Of a stretch of 54,456 nt of DNA, positions 38,600 to 47,418 are shown piece after piece. The position numbers and the translations under genes were made by a program. The stretch is from an uncultured virus (IMG/VR IMGVR_UViG_3300032288_004103) (taxonomy: Duplodnaviria > Heunggongvirae > Uroviricota > Caudoviricetes), in IMG/VR virus record IMGVR_UViG_3300032288_004103; one strand, 5' to 3'. The first letter of the stretch is position 1, and every line of letters starts with the position of its first letter. Below the pieces are notes generated by a model that saw nothing but the letters and a program-made list of their open reading frames with translations, did not search any database and was not told the origin of the DNA.

Positions 38600-39852
38600 T
38601 AAATGAAGAAAAAATGATGGGTGATTATGAAAGAACTAAACAAGTTATTCTTTCATGTAAAAACGCAGATCAATTAAAAGTGGCGGTAAGAATGTATAAC
38701 CAACTAAATAGGATGCATTCATTACCTGAAGAAAAATTAGATAAATTAGAAAATTTAATTGGTTTGATGAGAATAAAATTTGGTATTGAGAGTATTGATG
38801 AAGGTATGTCTGATATTGGTGCTGAATTCCAAAAGGCTGCAAATTCTTCTGGTTCACCAGAATTGAGAAAAATAAGATTTAGTGAATCTAAAAAATCTTT
38901 AACCGAAAAAGATATTGCAGAAAAACACAATGTAGATATAGAGGATATTAAAAAAGAAATATCAATAGGGACTAAAATAGAAATGGAACACACTGACGAT
39001 AAAAAAGAAGCTAAAAAAATTGCTATGGATCATGTTAGTGAAGTTGCTGATTATTACACTGATTCTGAGTATGGTATTATAGCAATAGAAGATAAACAAA
39101 AACAAAAAAGAAAATCTATCAGAGTCACTAAAAAACAAATGGATAAACTACATAGTGATGGAAAAATAACAGTTGACGGTATTGAAATAAATTTCAAAGA
39201 AAAGGTAAACGAAGATTTAGATTATAATGATATTTCTAAAAGTTTAAGAGATCAATTAAAGAAAAAAAGTGAAAAAAGATTTACAAAGGATCAAATTTTT
39301 GATGTCATTAGAAGGAGAAAGGAAGAAGAATTAGAGAGAAGAAAGAAAGAGATAGAGGATTTTAATAAATTTAAAGAAGATTCTTTTGAAGAAATGGATG
39401 ATGAAGAAGGTGATACTGTAGAAGAGGGTACTGGTGCAAATTCTTCTGGTTCTTATGTAGGTGCTGCAGGTGGCCCAATAAATAGATTGTTTAGTAAACC
39501 AAATTTTAGAGTAAAAAATAAAATAAATAAACCAATAGGTAAATCATTTACTTATGATGGAGAAACACCTAAAATGATTCATGAAGAAGATATAGATGAA
39601 GCTACTGGTGCATCGGCAAATGCTACTTATGCCACATCTCCTTGGGGTAAGAGTGATTTTATGTTAACTAATAAAGGACCTGGTAAAGTACCTGTTAAAA
39701 AAACACAACCTGACTTATCTAATTTGGGATACCAAAAGGTAAGAGTAAAAGAAAAATGTAAAACATTCCCCTACTGCAATCAAAGTCCTGAAGCTATAGA
39801 ATTTTATAGTGAAAGTAGAGTAATAAAAAAAAATAAATTAAAATTAAAATAA
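38596..39852 (+). CDS. Hypothetical protein containing a DUF5661-like motif
   Basis: GTKIEMEHTDDKKEAKKIAMDHVSEVADYYT; ATG at 38596 overlaps the upstream TGA. Confidence 0.55.
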   Translation: MINEEKMMGDYERTKQVILSCKNADQLKVAVRMYNQLNRMHSLPEEKLDKLENLIGLMRIKFGIESIDEGMSDIGAEFQKAANSSGSPELRKIRFSESKKSLTEKDIAEKHNVDIEDIKKEISIGTKIEMEHTDDKKEAKKIAMDHVSEVADYYTDSEYGIIAIEDKQKQKRKSIRVTKKQMDKLHSDGKITVDGIEINFKEKVNEDLDYNDISKSLRDQLKKKSEKRFTKDQIFDVIRRRKEEELERRKKEIEDFNKFKEDSFEEMDDEEGDTVEEGTGANSSGSYVGAAGGPINRLFSKPNFRVKNKINKPIGKSFTYDGETPKMIHEEDIDEATGASANATYATSPWGKSDFMLTNKGPGKVPVKKTQPDLSNLGYQKVRVKEKCKTFPYCNQSPEAIEFYSESRVIKKNKLKLK

Positions 39853-39853
39853 A

Positions 39854-40501
39854 ATGGGTAGGATTGGTAAAATCAAAAGAGATTTAATAATGGAGGCCAA
39901 TAAAAAATTATTAAATGAATCAGAAGATGGTCCTGATTTATCTTCATGTCATTGGTTTTTTATAGATGTTAATTATTTAGACGGTAAAATAGGTGAGTTA
40001 CATTTAACTCAAAAAGATAAAGGTTATTGGTTTTTAGAGAAATTTAGTAACCCACAAGATTTAGAACAATCTATTAAGGATACTATTGAGGTACCTCAAC
40101 AAAATGATATCGAAGTTATGTGGGACGATGAAAGAAAGGCTATAAAACTTGTTGGTAAAAGTTTAATAGGGTTAGAGGCATACAATAAAATACTTCAAAC
40201 TAATGAGGATGAATATTCTTGTAAATTAATATACGCTACTGATCAACCACCTTCTAAATATGGTTTAATTAGAGATTATCAGTATCTACATTTTGCGAAG
40301 ATAACATTGGTAGACTCTAAAAAAGAACCTATTGGTATTACTAATGAAGTTAAAATGAAAAACGGTGCTATTATTAATTTAGAAAGTTACTTTGTAGATA
40401 AAAAACTATTTAAAAAAGAATACCATTATATAGTTGCATATGATGACACTAAAATTGGTAACTCAATGATTAAATGTGATAAATACGATACAGATCATTA
40501 A
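39854..40501 (+). CDS. Hypothetical protein with leader MGRIGKIKRDLIMEANKKLLNE
   Basis: Shares its N-terminal 22 aa pattern with 41004..41540. Confidence 0.65.
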   Translation: MGRIGKIKRDLIMEANKKLLNESEDGPDLSSCHWFFIDVNYLDGKIGELHLTQKDKGYWFLEKFSNPQDLEQSIKDTIEVPQQNDIEVMWDDERKAIKLVGKSLIGLEAYNKILQTNEDEYSCKLIYATDQPPSKYGLIRDYQYLHFAKITLVDSKKEPIGITNEVKMKNGAIINLESYFVDKKLFKKEYHYIVAYDDTKIGNSMIKCDKYDTDH

Positions 40502-40911
40502 TAATATTCTGTTAGATACAAAGTAGTAACCCCATCTTTATGGATATAACTTAAATGAAATAGACTATGAGGTAGTTTATTTTCACTTTCATTTACTTTG
40601 ATGGTTTTAATGTTTTTATCTTTTGTGTTCACTATATATTGATTTTCAGAATAATAATCCCATCCATTTTTGTGACAAACATAAAATAAATCAGTAGGGT
40701 ACATCCATTGGATACTATCTGTATTTACACCAATAGATTGAAACATTTGATTTACTAAAGAGTCACTTGTTTCATCTAAATGTTCGATGAACCATTCATA
40801 TACACCTTCATTGGATTTTGCCCTAAGAGGTACGTCAAAGTCATATTTTCTTTGAGAGAATGTACTTAGACTAGTAAGTAACAATACTGAAGTTAAAATT
40901 AAATTTTTCAT
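40498..40911 (-). CDS. Secreted protein (Sec/SPI signal, Gln at predicted +1)
   Basis: MKNLILTSVLLLTSLSTFS|Q; has its own Bacteroidetes-type promoter. Confidence 0.7.
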   Translation of the reverse strand: MKNLILTSVLLLTSLSTFSQRKYDFDVPLRAKSNEGVYEWFIEHLDETSDSLVNQMFQSIGVNTDSIQWMYPTDLFYVCHKNGWDYYSENQYIVNTKDKNIKTIKVNESENKLPHSLFHLSYIHKDGVTTLYLTEYY

Positions 40912-41003
40912 AATGTTTGATTTTATAATAACAAATATAAAACAAATATTTCAATCTGCCAAATTTTTATTGAAAAAAATGATATTTATTAATAAATTAA
41001 AAA
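40912..41003. repeat. Divergent promoter cassette, copy 1 (92 bp)
   Basis: 76/92 identical, ungapped, to 41804-41895. Contains minus-strand TTTG-N20-TATATTTG (40963..40932) and plus-strand ATATTTAT (40982-89). Confidence 0.9.
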
Positions 41004-41540
41004 ATGGGAAGAATAGAAAAAATTAAAAGACAAATAATTGCAGAAGCAAATAAAAGAATATTAAACGAAGAAATTCAGGTTATGGAACCAGAAATGATGA
41101 ATTCTAATATGTCGTCAAAACCAAGTTTCAATGATAGAGGGATTGAATTGGAATGTGTTAAAATTGATTATGAAAATCCTAAAGAATCTGAAAGTGCAAT
41201 TTCAGGACCTTATCCTTGGCATTTAGTTTATTACAATAAAAAAAGTAGACCTGTAAAACTTTATTTAGGTAGAGAAGAAAAACCTAGAGATGTTGTATGG
41301 GGTGGAGAATATAATGAAGAAATAGTAATAGGATTTGAAGAAATTACTGACCCTGAACTTATAAAAGAATTAGGTGTCTCAAAAAAATATATAATGACTA
41401 CTAATAATTCTCCTGGTTTAACAGGTAAACAATATTGTAGAGTTGATGGTACATTAGACAAAGAATGGGATACAAACTTTTTTAGTTACAACGGTAACCA
41501 AAATGTAATTGACCCCTATCCTCAGTTTCCTTTTCTATAA
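41004..41540 (+). CDS. Hypothetical protein with leader MGRIEKIKRQIIAEANKRILNE
   Basis: Leader paralogous to 39854; the bodies show no obvious similarity. Confidence 0.65.
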   Translation: MGRIEKIKRQIIAEANKRILNEEIQVMEPEMMNSNMSSKPSFNDRGIELECVKIDYENPKESESAISGPYPWHLVYYNKKSRPVKLYLGREEKPRDVVWGGEYNEEIVIGFEEITDPELIKELGVSKKYIMTTNNSPGLTGKQYCRVDGTLDKEWDTNFFSYNGNQNVIDPYPQFPFL

Positions 41541-41803
41541 TCAATTGTATCAATAAGGTTGTTCATTTCTTTTTCTGAATAAGAACCTGTATTAACCCAT
41601 TTATCTTTTTGTTCTTTTGGTAGAGATCTAAGATATAAAGCAAATGCTCTTTGTGATGGGTTATATCCCGGAACTTTTGTAGAGTCAGGAATTTCTGTCG
41701 AATTAACAGTATTATAATTATTAGTAATAATTTTTTTAGAGTTATTACAACTAAAAAGTGATGTAGTTAATAAAACAACTGTTGATAGGACTAATTTTTT
41801 CAT
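41522..41803 (-). CDS. Lipoprotein
   Basis: Start moved to ATG 41803, giving MKKLVLSTVVLLTTSLFS|C with a lipobox. Confidence 0.7.
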   Translation of the reverse strand: MKKLVLSTVVLLTTSLFSCNNSKKIITNNYNTVNSTEIPDSTKVPGYNPSQRAFALYLRSLPKEQKDKWVNTGSYSEKEMNNLIDTIDYRKGN

Positions 41804-41895
41804 AATGTTTGATTTTATTAGAACAAATATAGTATAAATATTTTTATCTGCCAAATTTTTTTGTAAAAAAGTGATATTTATAAATAAAAAGAAAT
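41804..41895. repeat. Divergent promoter cassette, copy 2 (92 bp)
   Basis: Minus-strand TTTG-N20-TATATTTG (41855..41824) and plus-strand ATATTTAT (41874-81). Confidence 0.9.
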
Positions 41896-42729
41896 ATGGA
41901 AAGAAGATTCTTAACTAAAAAAACTAAAATTAGTATAAAAGAAAATACTGATCCTGCTGGTTTAAGAAAAGCTAAAGAAGCTAGAACTCAAAGTGGGGCA
42001 TTTAATACAGAAGCCTTAAAAGATTTTAATAAAAAATTATCTGATTATTATCATTTTGATAATGCTGAAGATTTTATCGAACCAAAAGTTAATAGAAGTG
42101 ATTATGAAGAAGCTTATGAAACTGAAGCTTTAGGTGCTGGTAAAATGTCAGGTATAAAATATGATAATGAAGATACGGAAGTTTTCAAATCCTTTACTGA
42201 AAGAATGGATAAATTAAATGATACTTCAGAATATGATAAAGAATTTGGTACATATGATGGATTTGGTGAGGGAGAAAGAGAAGATGATACATATGAAATA
42301 TTAGATGATAACGGTAAAAAATATTTAAAACATAAATATGAAAAACCTGAAGAATACCATTATACACCTAAAGTAAGAGTAACAAATGAATCAAAAACAA
42401 ATAAAATGAAAAGACTAAACTTTAAAAATGAATTTGAATCGGAATATGAAATGAAAAAACTTATTCCAGAACATTACAAATATGATGGACATACATTTCT
42501 AATGACAGACGGTAACCAAACCTTTAAAGTTAGATGGGATGATTCTATTAATGAAGGTACTGTTTTATCTTATAAAAATTCTAATATGATAAATGAAGAT
42601 TTGAATAAGATGAAGAAATTATTTAATTATGAATATTCTAATTCTATGGGTAAAACCAATAATTATGAATTAGAAAATATTAAATTTAAAAAACTTTTTG
42701 AATCAACTAAAGGTAAAAATATTTTATAG
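41896..42729 (+). CDS. Hypothetical protein with several (I/L)-x-E sites
   Basis: 277 aa; SIKE, SINE, MINE and LFE sites. Confidence 0.65.
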   Translation: MERRFLTKKTKISIKENTDPAGLRKAKEARTQSGAFNTEALKDFNKKLSDYYHFDNAEDFIEPKVNRSDYEEAYETEALGAGKMSGIKYDNEDTEVFKSFTERMDKLNDTSEYDKEFGTYDGFGEGEREDDTYEILDDNGKKYLKHKYEKPEEYHYTPKVRVTNESKTNKMKRLNFKNEFESEYEMKKLIPEHYKYDGHTFLMTDGNQTFKVRWDDSINEGTVLSYKNSNMINEDLNKMKKLFNYEYSNSMGKTNNYELENIKFKKLFESTKGKNIL

Positions 42730-42754
42730 ATAAATGTAAAATATAATTTTAATG

Positions 42755-42781
42755 AAAGGTATCTAAATGATACCTTTTTTT
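42755..42781 (+). terminator. Rho-independent terminator
   Basis: AAAGGTATC-taaat-GATACCTTT followed by a T run. Confidence 0.75.
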
Positions 42782-42790
42782 ATTTAAAAC

Positions 42791-42798
42791 ATATTTAT
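42791..42798 (+). promoter_or_regulatory. ATATTTAT putative late promoter core
   Basis: Directly after the terminator and 5 nt before the ATG at 42804. Confidence 0.55.
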
Positions 42799-42803
42799 AA
42801 TAT

Positions 42804-43562
42804 ATGAAATTTAAAAATTTAATCAATGAATCAGTTATAGATAGTCTTAATTTATCTAAAATAGATAAAGCTATGTTAAAATCTATGAATTCAGTTTCAG
42901 GTGATAAAGTATCTTATGGTACAAATGTATTTGATATGACAGACGCCCAGTTAATACATAAAATTGCAGAAATGTTTAATTCAGAAGATTATCAAAAAAT
43001 TTATTCATTATATAAAATGTATAAAAAATATAAAGATATTTTATTTATCGATACAGATAAATTAAATTTTGATAATAATACGTTAGATTTTTCAACCGAT
43101 GAAGAAGTAATTGAATCGATAATTTTTAAATTTGTTTATGATAGATATAATGGTGAAATAGTTTATAGTAATGGATCCCATATATGGTATTTAGAATCTA
43201 TGATGTCTCCTGAAGAGGCGGATATGGAAGAATCACATTCATTTTATTTAATTAACAATGAAGAACCCCAATGTCTAATTTATTTTGGGATTACACCTAA
43301 TAAGGATACAGGAAAAATAGGTATAGATTATATTACACAAGATGAAAATTTTATGGAGTATAATTCAAAATATATAAAAGGGGATAAAAAACAAAGGTTT
43401 GATGATGTTATAGATAGTTTATATTTATCTAAAATAAGTTACCCTAAAGATTTAAATAGTGAGACATTAAAAAATTATATTGATTCTATTATAAAGGCAT
43501 TAGTTGAAGAAGTAATAAAACCTAATGAATGGAAATTAGATGAATATAATAATAATAAATAA
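42804..43562 (+). CDS. Hypothetical protein (leader MKFKNLINE)
   Basis: 252-aa ORF. Confidence 0.65.
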   Translation: MKFKNLINESVIDSLNLSKIDKAMLKSMNSVSGDKVSYGTNVFDMTDAQLIHKIAEMFNSEDYQKIYSLYKMYKKYKDILFIDTDKLNFDNNTLDFSTDEEVIESIIFKFVYDRYNGEIVYSNGSHIWYLESMMSPEEADMEESHSFYLINNEEPQCLIYFGITPNKDTGKIGIDYITQDENFMEYNSKYIKGDKKQRFDDVIDSLYLSKISYPKDLNSETLKNYIDSIIKALVEEVIKPNEWKLDEYNNNK

Positions 43563-43583
43563 TAAAAAATAAATAATAAAGTT

Positions 43584-44459
43584 ATGGTATTAAAGAAAGG
43601 TAGTAAAGGTGAGGCAGTTAAAACCTTACAAGAATTTTTAAAAATTACAGTTGATGGGGATTTTGGTAGTAAAACTGAATCAGCAGTTAAAAGTTATCAA
43701 AAGAAAAATGGTTTAACAGTAGACGGTATTGTAGGTCCTAAAACATGGTTACATATGGGTATCCTTACAACAGATAATGCAGAAAATATAGAAATTTCTA
43801 ACGCATTAGAAATTAAAAAATATTTTATGCCTGAAGGAACTTATTTTAAAGGTCCTGTTCCAAAAGATTGGATATTTTTACATCATACTGCTGGAGGACC
43901 AAATCCTTATCAAGTGGCAGATATGTGGGCTAGAGATAATAGAGGTAATGTAGCAACAGAATTTATATTAGGAGGACAATCAGTTAATGGAAGTTCATCT
44001 AAGTTTGATGGTGAATTAGTACAATGTTTTCCTGAAGGGGGATATGGTTGGCATACAGGAACGGGTAATTCTGTGATGCATAGAAATTCTGTAGCAATTG
44101 AAGTTTGTAGTATGGGTCAGATAGTAAATGGTAAAACATATGTTGGTACAATTGCGGATCCTAATCAGGTAATTAAATTAGCAAAACCATTTAGAGGATT
44201 TCAGTACTGGCACAACTATTCTGAGGCACAATTAGTATCCCTTCAAAATTGGATTAAATTTATGGCTGAAAAATATTCTATAGATCCAAGAATTGGTTTA
44301 GTGGAATATGTTAAAGCGAAAGGTGCTGATGGGTTTGATGTATTAGATGTGGCTAGAGCAGAAAAAATTCCAGGACTTTATACACATACTAACGTAATAA
44401 GGGGAAAAGTGGATATGTATCCACATCCAGATTTAATTGATATGTTATTAAGTCTATAA
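43584..44459 (+). CDS. Endolysin: PG-binding domain + N-acetylmuramoyl-L-alanine amidase
   Basis: [37 protein letters not shown] (PG_binding_1), then [17 protein letters not shown] and THTNV..KVDMYP. Confidence 0.85.
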   Translation: MVLKKGSKGEAVKTLQEFLKITVDGDFGSKTESAVKSYQKKNGLTVDGIVGPKTWLHMGILTTDNAENIEISNALEIKKYFMPEGTYFKGPVPKDWIFLHHTAGGPNPYQVADMWARDNRGNVATEFILGGQSVNGSSSKFDGELVQCFPEGGYGWHTGTGNSVMHRNSVAIEVCSMGQIVNGKTYVGTIADPNQVIKLAKPFRGFQYWHNYSEAQLVSLQNWIKFMAEKYSIDPRIGLVEYVKAKGADGFDVLDVARAEKIPGLYTHTNVIRGKVDMYPHPDLIDMLLSL

Positions 44460-44509
44460 AATAATATTTTTATCTTTATATTTTTTGTAGGGTATATTAT
44501 AATTGATAT

Positions 44510-44974
44510 ATGAATAGTTATGAATTTGTTAGTTATATGATTGATCCGTTAACATACGAACAGATGACTTTATTGTATAAAGCTAACGATATTAAATATG
44601 AAAAATGTAATTTATATTATGATATCATTAAAACTTTAAATAAGTTAGTAGTAGATACATATTTGGGTGATGACTTTATAAAAAATGAAAATGAAAAATT
44701 AGAACATTACAATTGGTGTTTTAATAAAGTCGTAGATAATTTAAAAAAAGAAAAAATAATTTTTGACAATACTAATGATATTAAAGATTATTTTTTCTTT
44801 TTCTATGATGAATTATTTTATAAGGATAAAGAAAAAAATATTAATAAAATAGACAACCTACCTGAATTATCCTTCAATTATTATAGATTAAAATCGAGAT
44901 CTGATATAGATATTATGGTTGAACTTTACAAGATGTTTGAAAAAAGTTTAAACGAAAAATTAAAAAAACATTGA
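44510..44974 (+). CDS. Hypothetical protein
   Basis: 154-aa ORF. Confidence 0.6.
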   Translation: MNSYEFVSYMIDPLTYEQMTLLYKANDIKYEKCNLYYDIIKTLNKLVVDTYLGDDFIKNENEKLEHYNWCFNKVVDNLKKEKIIFDNTNDIKDYFFFFYDELFYKDKEKNINKIDNLPELSFNYYRLKSRSDIDIMVELYKMFEKSLNEKLKKH

Positions 44975-45017
44975 TTAAGTATTGATTTTTAATGTTTTTA
45001 TTAGTATTCTTATCTAT

Positions 45018-45251
45018 ATGAATTCAAAATTAAAATTTTTAGAGATAGTTTTATCTGATTTAGTATCGAATAGAGATACATTAGAGTTAGAATTAAATAG
45101 AATTCTAAATGATGATAATTGTCCAATAATGGACAAAAAAATAATTTTTGACAATATTATGAATAAGATTGTTGGGAATGATAGTAAAGTAAAAATGTTG
45201 AGTGAATATATGACAATATTAAACTCAGATTTAAATAATAACAATGATTAA
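45018..45251 (+). CDS. Small hypothetical protein
   Basis: ATG at 45018 is preferred over TTG at 44982. Confidence 0.5.
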   Translation: MNSKLKFLEIVLSDLVSNRDTLELELNRILNDDNCPIMDKKIIFDNIMNKIVGNDSKVKMLSEYMTILNSDLNNNND

Positions 45252-45262
45252 AATAAATTAAA

Positions 45263-45445
45263 ATGGAATTGTATGATCAATTAATTAAATTAGTTTCTGA
45301 ATTAAACGAAGACGTTACTAAGTTTTATGACAAAGGTAATAAAGCGGCAGGAACTAGAGTAAGAAAAACTTGTCAAGACATTAAAAATCTTTGTCAAGAC
45401 ATTAGAGTTGATGTTTCAAATAAGAAAACAGAAGTTAACGCATAA
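45263..45445 (+). CDS. Histone H1-like Hc1-family nucleoid protein (Bacteroidetes type)
   Basis: KFYDKGNKAAGTRVRK...KNLCQDIRVDV signature. Confidence 0.8.
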   Translation: MELYDQLIKLVSELNEDVTKFYDKGNKAAGTRVRKTCQDIKNLCQDIRVDVSNKKTEVNA

Positions 45446-45456
45446 TTAAATAAACA

Positions 45457-45648
45457 ATGGATATACTTAATAATATATATATATTCTTTTTTGTATTGTC
45501 TACATTAAACATTATAAGAAATTTATTTTTTTTAATACGTAATATTAGGGTAGAAGAAAGATTTGTGTTGGATAAAATTCCTTTAATAATGTTAGGTATA
45601 TCCATTTCTTATTTCATCACATCAATAATAACAGTATTAATAAGATAA
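45457..45648 (+). CDS. Small two-TM membrane protein
   Basis: Two hydrophobic segments in 63 aa. Confidence 0.55.
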   Translation: MDILNNIYIFFFVLSTLNIIRNLFFLIRNIRVEERFVLDKIPLIMLGISISYFITSIITVLIR

Positions 45649-45651
45649 TAA

Positions 45652-46119
45652 ATGTTTCAAGAAAGATTAAGTGAATTAAGGCCATATGTCACTGGTATTA
45701 GATTTGTCAAAGACTTACCAGTTGTTGATGTTCTTTTGTTAGATGGTTGGGATATGTTTGAATCTGATACTGTTTCTTATAAACCTAGCAATAATAATAA
45801 AAATTACTTTATGGTTTTTCCTAGTGAAGAAAAAGGTACTATTGACGATGTTATCGATCATGTCGAATATGTTATAGAATTTAATATAGAAAAGGAAAAC
45901 AAACTAGCACTTTTAAAGGCTAAGATAGAAGAACTTAAAATGTTGTTTAGTCAAAAATCTCTTAATGAGTTAGAAAGACTAAATTTTGTTATAGAAACAG
46001 TAAATGAACCAACATTAAAAGACATTAAAATTAACCATAGTAACCCAAAGGTACATAATGGTGTGGAATTACCACCAACAAATGAAAATGGTGTAGTGAT
46101 TGAAGTAAAAGAGGGTTAA
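45652..46119 (+). CDS. Hypothetical protein
   Basis: 155-aa ORF ending in a terminator hairpin. Confidence 0.6.
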   Translation: MFQERLSELRPYVTGIRFVKDLPVVDVLLLDGWDMFESDTVSYKPSNNNKNYFMVFPSEEKGTIDDVIDHVEYVIEFNIEKENKLALLKAKIEELKMLFSQKSLNELERLNFVIETVNEPTLKDIKINHSNPKVHNGVELPPTNENGVVIEVKEG

Positions 46120-46134
46120 AAACCCTCTTTTTTT
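46107..46134. terminator. Bidirectional Rho-independent terminator
   Basis: AAAAGAGGGTT-aaa-AACCCTCTTTT between convergent genes. Confidence 0.8.
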
Positions 46135-46453
46135 ATACCTCTAATTTTTCTTGTATTGTATGGATTAACCATGTTGTACCAGAAATTAAACAAGCATCTA
46201 AAAATATAGAAGCTGGTATAAACTCAACACCATAATTATAGAATGGTGAGAATTGGGTAAATCCTGAAATTTGTGCACCTACAGATAGGAAAAAACCTAC
46301 CCACCAAGGAGTACACATCATACATCCCAAAAGTTTACCAAAAAAATTAGGACTATAAACCTCAGCAGTTTCTCTTAACCCCTCAAAGATAGTCCCAAAA
46401 ACAATAATGTTAGAAATTCCATAACTAACTAAAATTAATAATAATAATTCCAT
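46133..46453 (-). CDS. Small membrane protein with CxxC (DUF1360-like)
   Basis: Hydrophobic segments and LLGCMMCTPWWVG. Confidence 0.55.
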   Translation of the reverse strand: MELLLLILVSYGISNIIVFGTIFEGLRETAEVYSPNFFGKLLGCMMCTPWWVGFFLSVGAQISGFTQFSPFYNYGVEFIPASIFLDACLISGTTWLIHTIQEKLEV

Positions 46454-46462
46454 AATACTTAC

Positions 46463-46495
46463 TTTTTATTAAAAAAAATGATATTTATTAATAAA
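46463..46495 (+). promoter_or_regulatory. Late-promoter region, 32/33 identical to 40964-40996
   Basis: TTTTTATTAAAAAAAATGATATTTATTAATAAA containing ATATTTAT (46481-88). Confidence 0.6.
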
Positions 46496-46506
46496 GTATA
46501 CTTATA

Positions 46507-47418
46507 ATGAAAGTAATTGTAAATAGAAAACAATACAATAAATTACTTACGGAAACCAGAGGTTATTCTAAAATAGTAGAAAAATGGGCAGATTATGTTA
46601 CTGATGAGGTATTACCACTAATACTTAAACAAGATGTTGATGAAGATGTTTATGTATTAAAAAAACTTTCTACCAAATTAAAGGGTAAAGATTTTTATGA
46701 AGAAATCCCTATAGATAGTATAATAATGACAGTAATAATTAATGAAATCGATGGTGATAGTGCGGATATTACAATGGCATATAATCCTTACTATACTCAA
46801 GTAATTGAAAATGATGATAGGACATATAATATTTTAGATGTTGAATTTGATGTTATTATGAATATACCTTTTGATAGGGAGTCTATAGATATAGGTACAT
46901 TACATTATTATTTTTCTTCATTTTTATCTCACGAATTTATGCATGTGAATGAATGGTTAAATAGAAATCTTGAATCCCCTAAAGAAATGAAGTCGTGTAG
47001 TGATGTTTATAAAAATGGTGATATAAATGGTGATGCTGTTGATAGGATTGGTATTATGTTATATGTATCACAATCATTTGAAATAAATGCCTTTATTCAA
47101 CAAATGGGTAGTATGATCACGAAAAAAGGAATTAATAATCAAAAAGATTTCATGGAATTATTAACAACCAACCCAATATATCATTTTGCGGAAAATATGG
47201 TTAATTTTAATTCTGATGAATATTTAAAAGAAATAGATTCATTAAGTAATGATAGGAAATCTGAACTTTACAAAATGATTTTGTGTTTTTATAGTAAAGA
47301 TGGAGTAACCCCCAAACTAAAAGAAATAAAAAAATTTTTAAACGACATTGAAAAAAAATTTAACATCACTGGTGAGGCGTTTAAAAGAAAATTATTAAGA
47401 TTAATTACATTAATATGA
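46507..47418 (+). CDS. Putative HExxH metallopeptidase-like protein with leader ...KQYNKLLTE
   Basis: SHEFMH plus downstream EINAF. Confidence 0.5.
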   Translation: MKVIVNRKQYNKLLTETRGYSKIVEKWADYVTDEVLPLILKQDVDEDVYVLKKLSTKLKGKDFYEEIPIDSIIMTVIINEIDGDSADITMAYNPYYTQVIENDDRTYNILDVEFDVIMNIPFDRESIDIGTLHYYFSSFLSHEFMHVNEWLNRNLESPKEMKSCSDVYKNGDINGDAVDRIGIMLYVSQSFEINAFIQQMGSMITKKGINNQKDFMELLTTNPIYHFAENMVNFNSDEYLKEIDSLSNDRKSELYKMILCFYSKDGVTPKLKEIKKFLNDIEKKFNITGEAFKRKLLRLITLI

